A DNA stretch of 52,279 nt, taken from positions 1 through 52,279 of the IMG/VR virus record IMGVR_UViG_3300033420_000007; one strand, written 5' to 3'. Origin of the DNA: a virus (taxonomy: Duplodnaviria > Caudoviricetes). A model generated the notes under the pieces. That model was given only the letters and a program-made list of their open reading frames with translations. It did no database searches and was not told the origin of the DNA. Made by a program: the position numbers and the translations under genes. Positions within the stretch are counted from its first letter, which is position 1; every line of letters begins with the position of its first letter. This document shows positions 37,148 to 49,546 of this stretch, one piece after another.

Positions 37148-37575
37148 AGTTCTGATATTAGATTATCAAAATCTTCAGGTGTATTTAATGTTTGTTGTGG
37201 TGCATATTTTTCTTGAACTTCGTTATAATGTTCTATAAGTAGGTCTTTCTCGTCTACTGTAAGCTCTCAAACCTCACTAGGTGAAGCAAAGAAGTAATCT
37301 ACACTATTCACATCTTCTCAATCTTCTGGTACTTTTAATACCGCTTTATATAGTAATTCTCTCATAGATAATTCTATCACCTCGTTTTCGTTAGCGTTAG
37401 TAAGTTCTCTCTCTGCTATCTCTCTTCATTTATTAGCCGCTCTCAAAATATCATCTTGAGTAAGCACTCTTATAGCCATAGGAATATCTGTGAAAGGAAA
37501 ATTATATTTTTCAAAAGCGTTTGTGCCTCTTCTCATTTTCCTTACATCTGCAAAAGACATTTGTTCTGTATTCAT
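36946..37575 (-). CDS. Tail assembly chaperone (gpG-like, 209 aa)
   Basis: Lies between the tube and tape measure genes; contains an A10 slippery run. Confidence 0.8.
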
Positions 37576-37592
37576 TATATATATTATATTAT

Positions 37593-37624
37593 AAAACAAG
37601 GAAGAGTCTTTCGACCCTCCCAAG
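37593..37624 (-). terminator. Intrinsic terminator after the tube gene
   Basis: GGGAGGGTC-GAAA-GACTCTTCC followed by TTGTTTT. Confidence 0.8.
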
Positions 37625-37628
37625 AAAT

Positions 37629-38084
37629 TTATTTAGTAGTGACAGTCCAGTTTTTAGCTTTTCAACTAAATTTGTATGTTGAACTTTCAGTTACATTGAT
37701 AGTGTGGTCTTGTATTCTACATTCGTTGATTGTCAAGATTTGTCCTAAGTTATCAGGATTAGTTTTGTCAGGGTTTTCGAATGTTACGATGATTTGGAAA
37801 AGTACAGCTGGAGTTACTGATGTAGTAGCTGGGTCATATCAACCTGTAAGTTTCTTTAAATCTCATATATTACTATACAAGACTGCAGCATCAACACTTC
37901 GTTCTACTGTAAGTGGTTTTCTTCTTCTTAGTGTACCGCTTATGCAGTTAATCAAATCTTCTGGTGATTTTCAGTCTACTGTTAGACCAGTTACAAATCC
38001 CCATTCAACTCAGTTAACCATAATCGTACAAGAAGCAACGTCTACAGCATCCTGAAAGTCCGCTTTTCTTATTGTATTAGCCAT
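37629..38084 (-). CDS. Tail tube protein (151 aa)
   Basis: Directly after the sheath gene; size and beta-rich sequence fit. Confidence 0.75.
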
Positions 38085-38112
38085 TATGTATTAGGTTATT
38101 TAAAATATAAAA

Positions 38113-39441
38113 TTAAAGATATACTTTGAAGTTCAATGATATGAAGTTCAATGGTTTACCTGGAGCGATTTCAACATCAACATTAACTTTTGTATTGTCA
38201 TTTGGATCAGTTGATACTACAGGTTCTCTGAACGCTGGTGTATTTGTTGCTGTGTCAGCTACTAGAATATCCATTGCTGCATATTTTTGTAACATAGCAG
38301 ATACTTCAGCTTTCATAGCTTCTCTTACTTGTGCAGTGTTACCTTGCTGTAAGAATTTTTGTTGCAATACTTTAGTTATCGCTTTTTCGATAAAGTCTAC
38401 ATTAAGTCTTACTGCTCATTCTTGTCGAGTTTTATCAGGTACAGAATTTGTAGTAGTACTTGTGGTAACTAATCTAACGATATGTATTGAACTGTATTTC
38501 AATTCAATTGGTGTTACTCAAGCAGATATCAAAGCATCCATATCAGATATTTTAGATACTACTCAACCAAATCAATCAAACGCTGTAAAATTATGATTCA
38601 ACTTAGGTACTCAGTTTCAAGCAATAGCTCAACACAAAGCAGCCGCAGCTTCTCAAGATGTTACAGTCTTTCAATTAAAGTCAGTTAACAATGGGTATCA
38701 GATAATAACTTTATCAGAGTTTTGAGCTTGAGCTTTTGCAATTATTGAAGTTGCATCATCAGTAGCTTCAGCACCTCTAAAGTATACACAAGGTGTATTA
38801 TATTTATCTCTTGAATCTATACACATTTGTTCTAATTTTACTGCTGTTGCATTATCATTTAGTTCACATACTACAGTTGTTTTTTGTTCATCTTCCAACA
38901 TAGCTTGTATAGCTAAATCATAATCAGTAGTAATTTTAGCTGTTACTTCTTGAGCAATTTCACCGATATAGTGAGGGAAAGTCAAAGGAGCAGTAAACTG
39001 AATAGTTGTAGGAGTCACAGCAAGTATAGTTCTTTTTTCTTCAAAACCATAAGTTTGTCCTGTTCCAATATAACATTCGTTTCAGTTAGTGAAACCAGCA
39101 GTACTTACTACAGTAATGGTATCAGCACCAGCCAAAGAATTAGCTGACATTATATCATTTCATAATAGTGCAGTTGTAGGTTGTCAAATAGATACAGCTC
39201 TAATCAAAGAGGCTCATTCAGCAAACGCTCTTCTAATCATTAATCATAGAGTTGCACCATAGGAATAATTACCTCAGAATATAGTGTCAGCTTGGCTAAC
39301 AGAAGCTATATTGTAAACAGTATTTGCTGTTCATGTTGCTGATGTACCTATCATACCTATAACTACTTGATTGTCTCTTGGTACAGCTAGACTTTGTACA
39401 GCCTCTGTTATTATCACCTTTGGGACTAAGTTATTAGACAT
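38113..39441 (-). CDS. Contractile tail sheath protein (442 aa)
   Basis: VIGMIGTSATGTANTVYNI, ISAGVTPIE, VRLVTT, VNVDVEIAPGKPLNFISLNF. Confidence 0.88.
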
Positions 39442-39467
39442 TTATTAAGTGTTTATTAAGTAAAATT

Positions 39468-40091
39468 TTAGTATAAAGTTTCGTACATTTTTATTTTATT
39501 AATCTTAGGAAGTTCATATTCTTTCAAATAGTGAACTCGGAAGTCTACTGTTATTGTGTACTGATGTAACTCAGCATCAAACGCAGTGTTTTCTATACAA
39601 TCAACATTTCTATGATACCTAAATCTAATTTTCAAATCAGTCACTTCTCATTCTGGGTCTGTAGGCGTTACAAAATCCAACACAGGAATTACTGTCTGAA
39701 CTGGTCATCATAGGTCGGCGAAAACATCAGATGACGTGGAAGATTTAAGCTTTCTCTCAACTATTCAAACATATTTATTCATATCTCCGATAGTCTTAGT
39801 TATTATATCAATTTGATAAGTAGCATTCATAGTATATCACATTAATCTTCATATTGTAGCATCAGGTATCTCTGCTGGTTGATATCAATGAAATCAACTC
39901 AATCTCATTAAATCTCGGCTCTCACTTCATATTCTAGTTATCAATATATTAGGTAATTTCAATGTAGTATCCACATCAGGTCTTCTTGAAGTAACAGAAA
40001 CTCAGGATAAAGCAGGGTCATTTTTGAAGTATGCTATCCAAGTTTTTAGTACATCATTTTTGAATCTTTCCTCTGGGACAGTTTTAAACAT
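39468..40091 (-). CDS. Tail terminator/neck protein (207 aa)
   Basis: Position before the sheath gene; KLPNILITR motif. Confidence 0.55.
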
Positions 40092-40094
40092 TAA

Positions 40095-40586
40095 CTACTT
40101 AAATATTATAAAGTTTTTTTCTATTATATTTGCTATGTTTCACTCCTCTTGATCTAGTATAAATCTCCGTATAGGTCTAGGTGGTATATAGATATATCAT
40201 GGTCTTTTACCTGACCCCTCTTTTTTCTCTTGTCACTTAAACACTACCGCAAATAAATACTTCCTCATCTTGTCTGTCATCTTTATATATTGTCAGTATT
40301 CGTGTATAGCTCATAATCGAGATTTTACTTCATTCATATATATTATTTCCGTATTCTTATTTAATCTTCTATTCATTACCGAGTTTCTAAGCTCTCAAGT
40401 CTTTAATAATGGAGTATTACTACTTCAAGCTGGTCGTCAAGGTTGTCTTACTCAGTATTTGCTTTTTATCTTATCTCTTAAGTACTTTCAGACTTCTTTT
40501 AATGTCTTATCTAGCATCTTATCTAAATTAGCACTTGCATCTTTAAGATACGCTGAGAATTCTAAAAATCATTTAAAGTCTGCCAT
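40095..40586 (-). CDS. Virion morphogenesis/tail completion protein, Mu gpG-like (163 aa)
   Basis: PLLKTGELRNS, AIHEYG, IPPRPIW. Confidence 0.8.
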
Positions 40587-40591
40587 ATTTT

Positions 40592-41224
40592 TTAATTTGT
40601 AATATAATTAACTTTAGATTTATTCAGTCAAACTAATAATTGATATGGTTGAGGTATAATCCATTCTACAATATATTCAAGTCAATTATATATAAATCTA
40701 TCTTCTTTCTTGATATCCTCTGTGATTTCTGTTGTCATCATATACTGTACTTGTTCTATTTTTCAAGCATCTAGCATTTGTATAATATGACCTCTTGCTA
40801 AATCTATAGCATCTACTAATACTAATATCTCATCTTCTACATATTGCTTTCCGTATTCTGTTCGTTCCTCTAGTAATGGATCATAACTGCTTTGTACTGT
40901 ATCTAGTTTCTTTCTCTTTACTACTTCGTGTACACTTGTTGGTCATACCTCTCTCATTACGACTTCCATGTGTGCTCAAAGTGTATCATCAAATGTAGCA
41001 GCTCAAGCCACTACAAATTGTCTATTTCAGTGTATAAGTCTATCGTTTATTTTGAAGTCTATTACATCTGAGAAGTATTTGAACGCTATTTGCTTTGCTT
41101 TTATATCATATTTCTGATACAACATAGGCTCATAACGGAACTCTACATCTTTTAAATGGTCTGAGTAGCTTTTTTTGTCTACTGATAACCTTTTTATATC
41201 ACCTTTTTTGTTAGTTCAAAGCAT
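40592..41224 (-). CDS. Head closure/neck protein (210 aa)
   Basis: Position after the adaptor gene; open frame. Confidence 0.55.
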
Positions 41225-41239
41225 TTTATATGTATTAAT

Positions 41240-42217
41240 TTAAAATATAGAGTTATTTTTCATATATTTATATCTATCTAAGATTTCTTGTACATCTGGA
41301 GTCAAAAACTGACCACCTCAATATCATTTTCAAGTTTTATAGAGGCTCTTAGTATCAAAACCGACATAATACGCTCCTGACTTAAATATGTTCACTGGTC
41401 ACACTGTTCAAGGCATTCAAGTCTGGGTTCTATAGAAGTCTGATTTCAAGAAGTTAGCACATACAATTGCAGACGCTCTTTTTACCATAGGAGGTACAAA
41501 TGGGTCTACTTTATAATCTACTACATACAGTAATTTATCCATAGTTCCTAACACTAATAATGGATATGTTCCTACAGCACTTGCTCAATAAGCTGTTGAT
41601 ATAGGATAGTAAGCATATCATTGGTCAGGGAATAAATCTAGGTATCTTGTAAACAATACTATAGACGTACTCGCAGGAACTCGGACTCTTAAGTAGTTTA
41701 CTGATATAACAGGCTTCCTTTTAAATCTCAAATATATTCTTCCTAGATTATCTACTATAGTTTCTCATTTTTGGGTAATTACTTCTACTCATCGTTCATA
41801 ATCACAATAAGCATCAATCATATCTTTTGCCAATGTAGTAAGCTCTTCTAATTCTTCGTCTGAGTATTTACTGAAATCAAATCATACTGACATGTGTTTT
41901 AGTTCTTCTACTGTTATATATCCTCCTCATATTCTTATATCTCTTGTTTGTGTTTGTGGTACTGTTAGTATAGTTCAAGTTGCACTCATAGGATATAATC
42001 CAAATGGTGTATTCTCTGGGACTACTACTACATATTCATAGAAATATGTTTGTGGGTTATAAGTCATAGGTACATCTTTCAAATACCAAGAATGCCTACC
42101 CTCTTCGCCAATATTCAACAAAACCAAATCATTATCCATTTTCACTGGGACTTGTTGATTATCAAAGAATTGAAAGTTAATTTTTACAGTCTGTCCTGGT
42201 TTGTAAGTTTGTATCAT
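41240..42217 (-). CDS. Head-tail adaptor with an extra N-terminal Ig-like domain (325 aa)
   Basis: YITVEELK, AKDMIDAYC, VPPMVKRA, DVQEILDRY. Confidence 0.7.
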
Positions 42218-42220
42218 TGA

Positions 42221-42239
42221 GTTATAACGCCGTTATAAG
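42221..42239. promoter_or_regulatory. Palindromic operator copy 3 (GTTATAACGCCGTTATAAG)
   Basis: 3 nt before the ATG at 42217; perfect 7-bp arms. Confidence 0.6.
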
Positions 42240-42241
42240 TA

Positions 42242-42466
42242 TTAAAGATTATTTACGTAAGCCTTTAACTGTTTTATTTCGTTTATAAATAGTGAAGCGT
42301 TTACATTATGGTTACTTCTATCTGAGTTTACTACAAACTCCTCTACAGATTTTTTAGCTTCGTCTGGAAAAATAAAATAACATCTTTTTCAAGCAGCTTC
42401 AATAGTATATTCAAATCATATAGATTTCAAGAACGCAGCAATATATAAGTCAGATATTTTATACAT
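42242..42466 (-). CDS. Small DUF5659-like protein (74 aa)
   Basis: YKISDLYIAAFLKSIG...CYFIF pattern. Confidence 0.55.
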
Positions 42467-42482
42467 AATTTAATATTATTAT

Positions 42483-42524
42483 TTAAAGAAAGGGCTACCC
42501 ACCTTATTAGGACAGGTAGCCTCT
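42483..42524 (-). terminator. Terminator after the major capsid gene
   Basis: AGAGGCTACC...GGTAGCCCTT followed by CTTT. Confidence 0.65.
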
Positions 42525-42544
42525 ATTTTATATTTTATTTTCGA

Positions 42545-43516
42545 CTAAGACAATCTAATATTCGCCACACGAACTTGGAATTCACTCGCTCTACATACGA
42601 ATACTGTAGCTTCTGTAACCATGAATTTGATTGCAGCACCAGTCCTATCCAACATAGATTTTCACATTCCATACAAATCTTCCATATATAATGTATCTTG
42701 ACCTTGTGATTTTTCAGTAACCACATAGAAGTCTTCAACAACATTTGGAGCAAATGTAACTACATCAGAAGCGATAGCAAATGAAGCAACGAATGGAAGT
42801 TTACCGATCATAGATTGGTAGAATCCAACATCAACTCAAGTACCTACTTCGTTTGTGTTATCAAGATTAACTCTTACATCACCCATCAATGATAAATTGA
42901 TAGCTCTCTTCATACCGTAACCTACAAATATTGCAGTTGGTCTTTGAGCGTAAGTTCTAACGATACCTTCGATAGCAGTTTCAATAAGGTCTGTTCTGAA
43001 ACCTAATGCGTTGTTGTTATCATCGTAGAAGTTGATAGCAGAAAGAATATCGATGTTTTTTCTCAATCAATCGAATTGTAATACTGAAACACCAGTATCT
43101 CAAGTTATAATCAATTGTTCTTCATCTTGGATAACTTCTCTCAAAGCAACTTCAGTCAATTCACCTTCTAATTCGATGAAAGATTTACCAGCAGCAAGCA
43201 TTCTATCAGTAATAGATTTTGTTTTACCAAGTTCTTTATAGATAGCACTTCTTCTAGCGTAAGTTGTAGCATCTTCTGTAGGAGTAAGTCATTCAGCAAA
43301 AGCAGAAGTTCCAACTCACATAGCAGTCAATACATTCCAAGAAGCAGCTAGACCAGCACCAGTTTTTCTAGGCAATCTATCTCTAATTGGAGTTTCTTTG
43401 AAAGTCAATCTATTAATAAATGCGTCAAGATTTTCTCTTGTAAGGATTGCTCCTTGTATGTAAGCAGGCGTTCACATTGCCTTCTCTACATTTTCTAATG
43501 TTTGTTTTATATCCAT
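42545..43516 (-). CDS. Major capsid protein (323 aa)
   Basis: RENLD, ETPIRDRLPR, EEQLIITGD...QFDGL; lies between the scaffold and neck genes. Confidence 0.88.
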
Positions 43517-43544
43517 TTGAATAATATTAAAATAAATAAAAGTT

Positions 43545-45551
43545 TTATTGCATTGATTTCTTTACTTCAGCCAAAGCTTCTCATAAAGACATTTTTGGAT
43601 TTACATCCATCATCTTGTTAACTCTTTCTTCGAAACTAGCATTGTTGTTTTCCTCTCTTGAGAAAGATTTCTCTAAAGCTGTATAACTAGCAATACTTTT
43701 TCTTGGAGCAGCGTTATTTCAAATTACCTCCACTAAGTTCTTTAACGAATTAAATTCTCAAGATAGTTCACTGTATGATTTTTCAATAGTTGATAATTTA
43801 TTTTCTTCAAAAGATTTAGTAAGATTGTTAGATTTTTCTATTTCAGTTTGTAAGTTACTTACTGTTTTAGTCAATCCATTAATCATTTCTGATACACTAG
43901 CCATAATTTCTTCTTTCATATCACTGATAGCTTTACTCATAGCAACTGTATCAATACCTTTTCTATCTGGAGAAGCTTTTACTTTAGATTTTTCTGTTTC
44001 CTCTTCATCTTCTTCTTTCATTCATTCTGCTTTCTTCTCTTTAACTTTCTTATCAGCTTCTTCATTAGCTTCCTCTTCTTCTTCTTGGATTGTAGGAGCT
44101 TTCTTTTCAGTATCATCTTCATCTTCTGATTTAGTAGCTAATTGTTCTCTTGCTTGTCTTTTTGCATTGTGATCGGACATAGCTTTTCATGGAGTTACAG
44201 GCGTAGCCTTATCAACTCATTCTACATCAGCTGTTTCCTCAACAACTTCTTCCTCATTTTTAGCATATCAACATGCTTTGCAAACTTTACCTACCATCTC
44301 AGCTCAACATTTTTCACATTTACATTCTTCTGTTGATTTCGCAACCTCTTCTTGTACAGTTTCTACTGCAACTTCTACTGGTTCAATTGCTTCAGCCTCG
44401 CCTACGCTTTCAACAACTGGTTCAGTAACTGCTTCAGTAACAACTACTTCTGTGTTTTCTGGGATTGGTGTTTCTGATTTAGTAACCTCTTCTACAGCTG
44501 GCACTTCTTCAACTACAGTTTCTACAACAGCCTCAGCAACAGCTTCAACAGGTGTTTCAACTACAACTTCTTCAGCAACAACAGTCTCTTCAGTTTCGTC
44601 AACACTTTTAGTAAATCTCATTATTTTATTGTTAATTGATAAATTCTTACTTACATCTTTATTTACTGCAATTTGTCCTTCACCAACTCAAGATTGGTTT
44701 ACTGGCAAATCACTGTGGAACATTCAAGCCATTCTATTTCAAAGTGAAACTTTATGTCTCTTTCTTTCCATCATAACTCTATATGCCTCAGCTACTTTCA
44801 TAACTTCTTTATCAGATAAGTCATTACCATTAGCTTGTGGTCTAGCTCATTCTTTATTTACATAGAATGTATAGCATTTCTCCATAAGATTAATTTCATC
44901 AGCAGTTATAGTCATATCTACAACATTAGCTTTTTCTTGGAAATTAGTTTTGTTCATCTCTTGATTATTATAAGTTAAAGAATTTAAATCATTATTTTTT
45001 TTAAGTCATTTATAATACTCGATAAGTTTTTTTCATTCAGTAGTATACTCGTGCTTCTCTACATCAAATGACTTTGCTATAGATAGTGTAGTATTCATAT
45101 TACTAGGGTTTTTAACTACAGATATTTCAGTAAGCATCACATCAGTAAAAGTTTTAATCTGTCTACCAGCTTCTTTTACATACTCAAATGTAGCATCTAC
45201 TACTTTACCTCATACAGATAAAGCTACTGATTTTCCTTTCTCTAATAATACAGCTAAGTCTTTTCCAATGCTATAATCTAAATCTACTTCTCATTTAACG
45301 GTCATCTGCATATCTTTATTAAGACTAGCATCTTTCCAAACTCATATTTCTGAATAGAATTTATTCTCGTGTTCTACTCTAATAGGTATATTTCAATTGA
45401 TTACTCATTCTGCCATTTTTTTAATAGCATTTTCTGAGAACCTTTCGTTATCTCTATCAATAGAAGGATCAGAGGCTATTCATTCTATCATCAATACATT
45501 TCTTTTTGAATCTCTTGTTGCCTTAGTAATAGGTATATTCAATTTGAACAT
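43545..45551 (-). CDS. HK97-type prohead protease fused in frame to an acidic scaffold (668 aa); internal start at 44621
   Basis: EGIASDPSIDRDNERF, ALSVGG, LTEISVVKNPSN; frame read as open from about 45060 through the ATG at 44621. Confidence 0.85.
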
Positions 45552-45569
45552 AGATTATTTTGAAATTAT

Positions 45570-45675
45570 AAAAAACCAACATACTTTTCAGTTTGTCGGC
45601 TTTCAAATCGAAGCTCAGGGTGATTAGCCCTCACATAATTTAGGCGTATTATAGATAAATAACTTAATATTGCAA
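45570..45675 (-). promoter_or_regulatory. Late promoter plus GAGC/leader-terminator module, copy A
   Basis: TTGCAA-N16-TATAATACGC, GAGCTTC..GAAAGCCGACA..TGTTGGTTTTT. Confidence 0.7.
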
Positions 45676-45682
45676 TAGATTT

Positions 45683-46066
45683 TTAATTTTTTGTCATAGC
45701 CCTTCTTTTATTTTCTACTATTAATGCTCTTTGACTTACACTTAATGAAGCTAATCTTGCGTTTTCTATTACTTGCACATCAAATAAATTAATAGTGTGA
45801 CAATGTTTACATTTAATCTCTACTACTGAATCAATACTGATTGCTCTACCTAATAATCTTTTACATTCTTTACATCTTAAATCTGTAGCAAGATTTTGGA
45901 ACGCTTGTCATTTAGGTCAGATATCTTGACTAATTCTACTCTCTCAAACATAGCTTGTAAATCTGTTGTCTTCGTTTAATATCTCTATCTGTCATTCTCC
46001 TGCAGCTCTACATAATACTTTTTTAGACACGAAACATTTGTACTCTTTTAGTGGTTTTGTATTCAT
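45683..46066 (-). CDS. Mu Com-like zinc-finger regulator with a degenerate tandem first domain (127 aa)
   Basis: DLRCKECKRLLGRA...VEIKCKHCHTIN. Confidence 0.75.
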
Positions 46067-46081
46067 ATGTATTTTTATTAT

Positions 46082-46921
46082 TTAAAAACTATCTATAAAT
46101 TCTTTTGGACTACTAGTGAAATCGTATAATATTGTACATTTGCACGAAGGATGTAATGGAGGAGCATCAACTCAATGAAAACTATCGCCTATTCTTACTG
46201 TTAATCAGTTTAAACTATTACAAGGTCAGCAAGTTCTTTCATCAGCTACAGCTTCCCGAGTCTTTGTTTCTGCTCAGTTTACTCTAGCCATTTCGTGTCT
46301 TACAAATTGTAATAAACTGTTACTTTCAGTAGTCATTATTATTCAAGCTCTATCTCTAGCGATTTCTTTTCAAAGTTTTATTAGGCTACCAGTCATCTGT
46401 TTCATAGTCAATCCATTTTCTAGTCAAGTAACCATATTCTTAGCTAGTTTATTCATTGTAGTTTTGTCTAGTCACTTTATCAATGTACCTATCCTTTGCC
46501 CAATTATTTTTTCTAATCATACTCAGATTTTAAAGTCTTTTCTTGAACCTAGTTGGTCTAGTATACTTTGTCATCATATTCTAGCTACTCATAATAAGTG
46601 CATACCTATAATGGCATTATAATCTGTATTAGATAAACTGTTTATTTTTTTTGAAGCCTGTCAGGAAATATAATCTTCTAATTTTTTCCTATCCTCTACA
46701 CTAGCTTTATTATTTGCTAGTCATTCTAATACATTCTTTCATAGCGTATTGTAGACAGTCCAAACTATTCACGATAACACCAGTTCATCTCGCTGACTTT
46801 TTAGTAACTTCTGTGTTTTTTTCTCTGTAACTACATAATCGTCACTTGACTCAATTTCATCAAGCTCTGCGTTCTCTTCATATTCATCTTCATAGTTTTT
46901 TTCTATACAATCTTTACACAT
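46082..46921 (-). CDS. Mu gpF/SPP1 gp7-like minor head protein (279 aa)
   Basis: RAGIMTTE, KTWEAVADERTCGPC, APPLHPSCKCTI. Confidence 0.88.
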
Positions 46922-48377
46922 AGTCTTCTTCGTAATATAAATCTTTTTGGAACATATTATCTTCGTCATCTATATCTTTCTTGTAAGGCATACGCTTAAT
47001 GTTTACTTTTGCGTTTTCTTCTTTCCCTCTCCTATCTTGTTTTGGTAATCAAGGTTCAGGTTGTTTACCTGTGGCAGTTCTCAATTTAGCTCAGAGTTCC
47101 TCAGAAAAAATTGGTTCTTTCAAAGGGTCTTTTCAATCTCTAGCTCTTATTTCATTTGCTGTATATACTCAGTTCTGTAAGTATAAATCATCTACTTGTG
47201 CTTGTTTCAACTGTATATCTACATTATCACTTTCAATAAACTTAAACTCTAATCGTTTGAACTTATCGTTTCACTCTTCCATATATCTTATTATATTTCT
47301 TGTGAAGTATTCCTCTATAAGTTTTTTATTACTTCTTACTCATCTAGCATTACTCAAAGCACGCATAGTCTCTCAAGTACTTCTTGTCATATCCTGCAAT
47401 ATATTTGCATCAATAGAAGAAAGTCAGTAAGTAGCTAGTTTTATTTTAGATAACCAGTTTATATATTCGATATACTGCATATCCTTTTGAGATGTACTCA
47501 AAGGTATAAACTTCTTTTCTTGACTAGAACCTCGTACAAATTTCATTGAGTGAGGATTTCATATAACTGTAGCATTCCAAGTAGCGATAAACTCTTCTGC
47601 TTGGTCTTGTGTCATATCTCATAGGTCTAATATTCCTGGAGGTAAGTTATCTTTTGTAAAGTGCTTTATATTAAACATATCAGCTTCTAACGCTGCTTGT
47701 ACTTGAAGTAGTATTGATTCTATAGCAGATAATCAATATCAAAAAGTATCTATATCATTACTAGGGTTAGCCATAATATAAACTAAATCTTCTTTCTTGA
47801 AACTACATCTAACTTTTTCATAAACTAACTGAAGGTATGCTGGGTCACCTAGTTCTCAATACTCATTATATATAGGTCTCAAGGTTCAGCCGTCAACGCT
47901 ATTCAAAGCTACTATTCTTTTTCAATCTAAGCTTCTTATAATTTCTATTCACGCAGAATCGAGTGTAAGAATATCTTCCATTACTCTATCTAATAATATT
48001 CTCATATTCTCACCATTCATATTCATATACTCAAAAAGATTATAACAAGTATCTATCTCTTTCTCGTAGTCTTTCTTTATGTTACCTGGTGCGTTCTTTT
48101 TCACTTGTATTATCCATTCTGATTGAGATACAGCTTTCTTAATTACATTAATACAAATTCTTATGATAGCATCTCTACTAGCGATCTGTCTAAGTATTTT
48201 AAACGTTACTTTTCAAGGTTTCCTTAATCAGTATTGTTCTATTTGTTGAGGTGATGAATACCCTCTAGTGGTATTTAATGAAATTGCTTTGAACTTTTTG
48301 GCATCAGTACTCTCTGTTGCTTTCTGTACTGTTGCTAGTCAAGTATTTTTCTGAAATTTTCTACTTTTTTTACTCAT
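46914..48377 (-). CDS. Portal protein, HK97-like (487 aa)
   Basis: VDGGTLRP, GYGLSAIES, NLPPGIL, KDMQYIEY, GVYTANEIRA. Confidence 0.9.
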
Positions 48378-48416
48378 TTTGAAAAAATATGCAAAAATAA
48401 ATGTACAATTTTCGGG

Positions 48417-48444
48417 ATTATACATAATCTTTACAAAAAAACAA
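48417..48444 (-). promoter_or_regulatory. Promoter TTGTTT-N16-TATAAT upstream of the portal gene
   Basis: Motif and position. Confidence 0.55.
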
Positions 48445-48456
48445 CACTATTTTATA

Positions 48457-48588
48457 CTAACTTCAAAAAATTGCTCAAATTATCCGTAAAACTAATAAGA
48501 AAATTAACCAATCTCTACATCAAGGCATCTTGGTACTCATTCAAAATCACATTCAATTTCATATACTCTGATAAGCTCAAAATCTCAT
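48457..48588 (-). CDS. Small membrane protein (43 aa)
   Basis: TAATG-coupled to the upstream gene; C-terminal TM WLIFLLVLWIIGAIFG. Confidence 0.5.
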
Positions 48589-49121
48589 TACTTTTTTATC
48601 CTATAATTAAAATTAGGTCATATTTTCTTTCAATAAATTTCAGTCAGACACTTCAAAACATTACCCTGTGCCCCTTTTCCACTAGCATAATATCTTTTAC
48701 AGTCAGTCTGGCAGTTTCAGTTGGTATAGAGATCACCTACTATAGTTTTACCTCATAAGTTTTTTCAATTAAGAGCTACTTGGTATATAGCTTTTATTCA
48801 TCTATTAATATCAGGTGTTCAGTCTTCATATTTAAACTCCCTTCATCAAACATTACCTATGTTTCAAATATAACTCATATTCTTTCCTAATCAACTTTCT
48901 GATACAGCTATACATACAGCCAACTCAGGTTTGATTCAGTACATCTTTCAGTACTTTATAAAAGAACCATATAAACTACCAGCTCATTTTTTTACTAAGA
49001 ATTTCTTTAATTTTTTATCTATTACTGTTCTACTATCACAAATCTCTACTACACTCTGTGTGTTCTGATAGCATACGCTACTACACACTAAAGCTCCTGT
49101 AAGAATTAGTCAAGTGATCAT
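48588..49121 (-). CDS. Lysozyme-fold (GH73/transglycosylase-like) protein with a hydrophobic N-terminus (177 aa)
   Basis: YGIKPELAVCIAVSESGLGK..GNIGNVG...YYAS. Confidence 0.65.
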
Positions 49122-49159
49122 ATTTTGTTTTAAGAATAAGTACGGGTATACTAAAATCC

Positions 49160-49546
49160 CTATTTTATTTCGTTAAATTTGTTTTTTAGATATTCTTCTG
49201 ACATCTTTTCATTACTAATACTTTCTACTTTTATATCTTCACATTGGTAATCATTAGGTTGTGGATCATTTATGTGGTAGACAACAACTCAATCACTTAG
49301 TAAATCACTACCACTACAATAACTACCAACAAACATAGCTAATTGGTCTTGGTTATAGATATAAGCATCACAAAATTCATCTGTAGCTGTTACTGGTGTC
49401 TTATAGGTATCATATCCATTACAGAATTTATCAGCTTCTTCTTGCCAAGTAGTTTTGTTATTTACTACAAATAAAATTATAAACGCTAGAAACATTAAGG
49501 AACATAGCAATATTAATACTCTTTTTGTTTTCTCGTTATGAGTCAT
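49160..49546 (-). CDS. Membrane-anchored Cys-containing protein (128 aa)
   Basis: N-terminal TM; extends the track ORF through TGA. Confidence 0.65.

Noticed and set aside
370-48758. Plus-strand ORFs in the supplied track (for example 37456-38055, 44278-44865, 36289-36726)
   Set aside because: They are antisense shadows of minus-strand genes, rich in Ser/Phe/Leu, with no recognisable motifs
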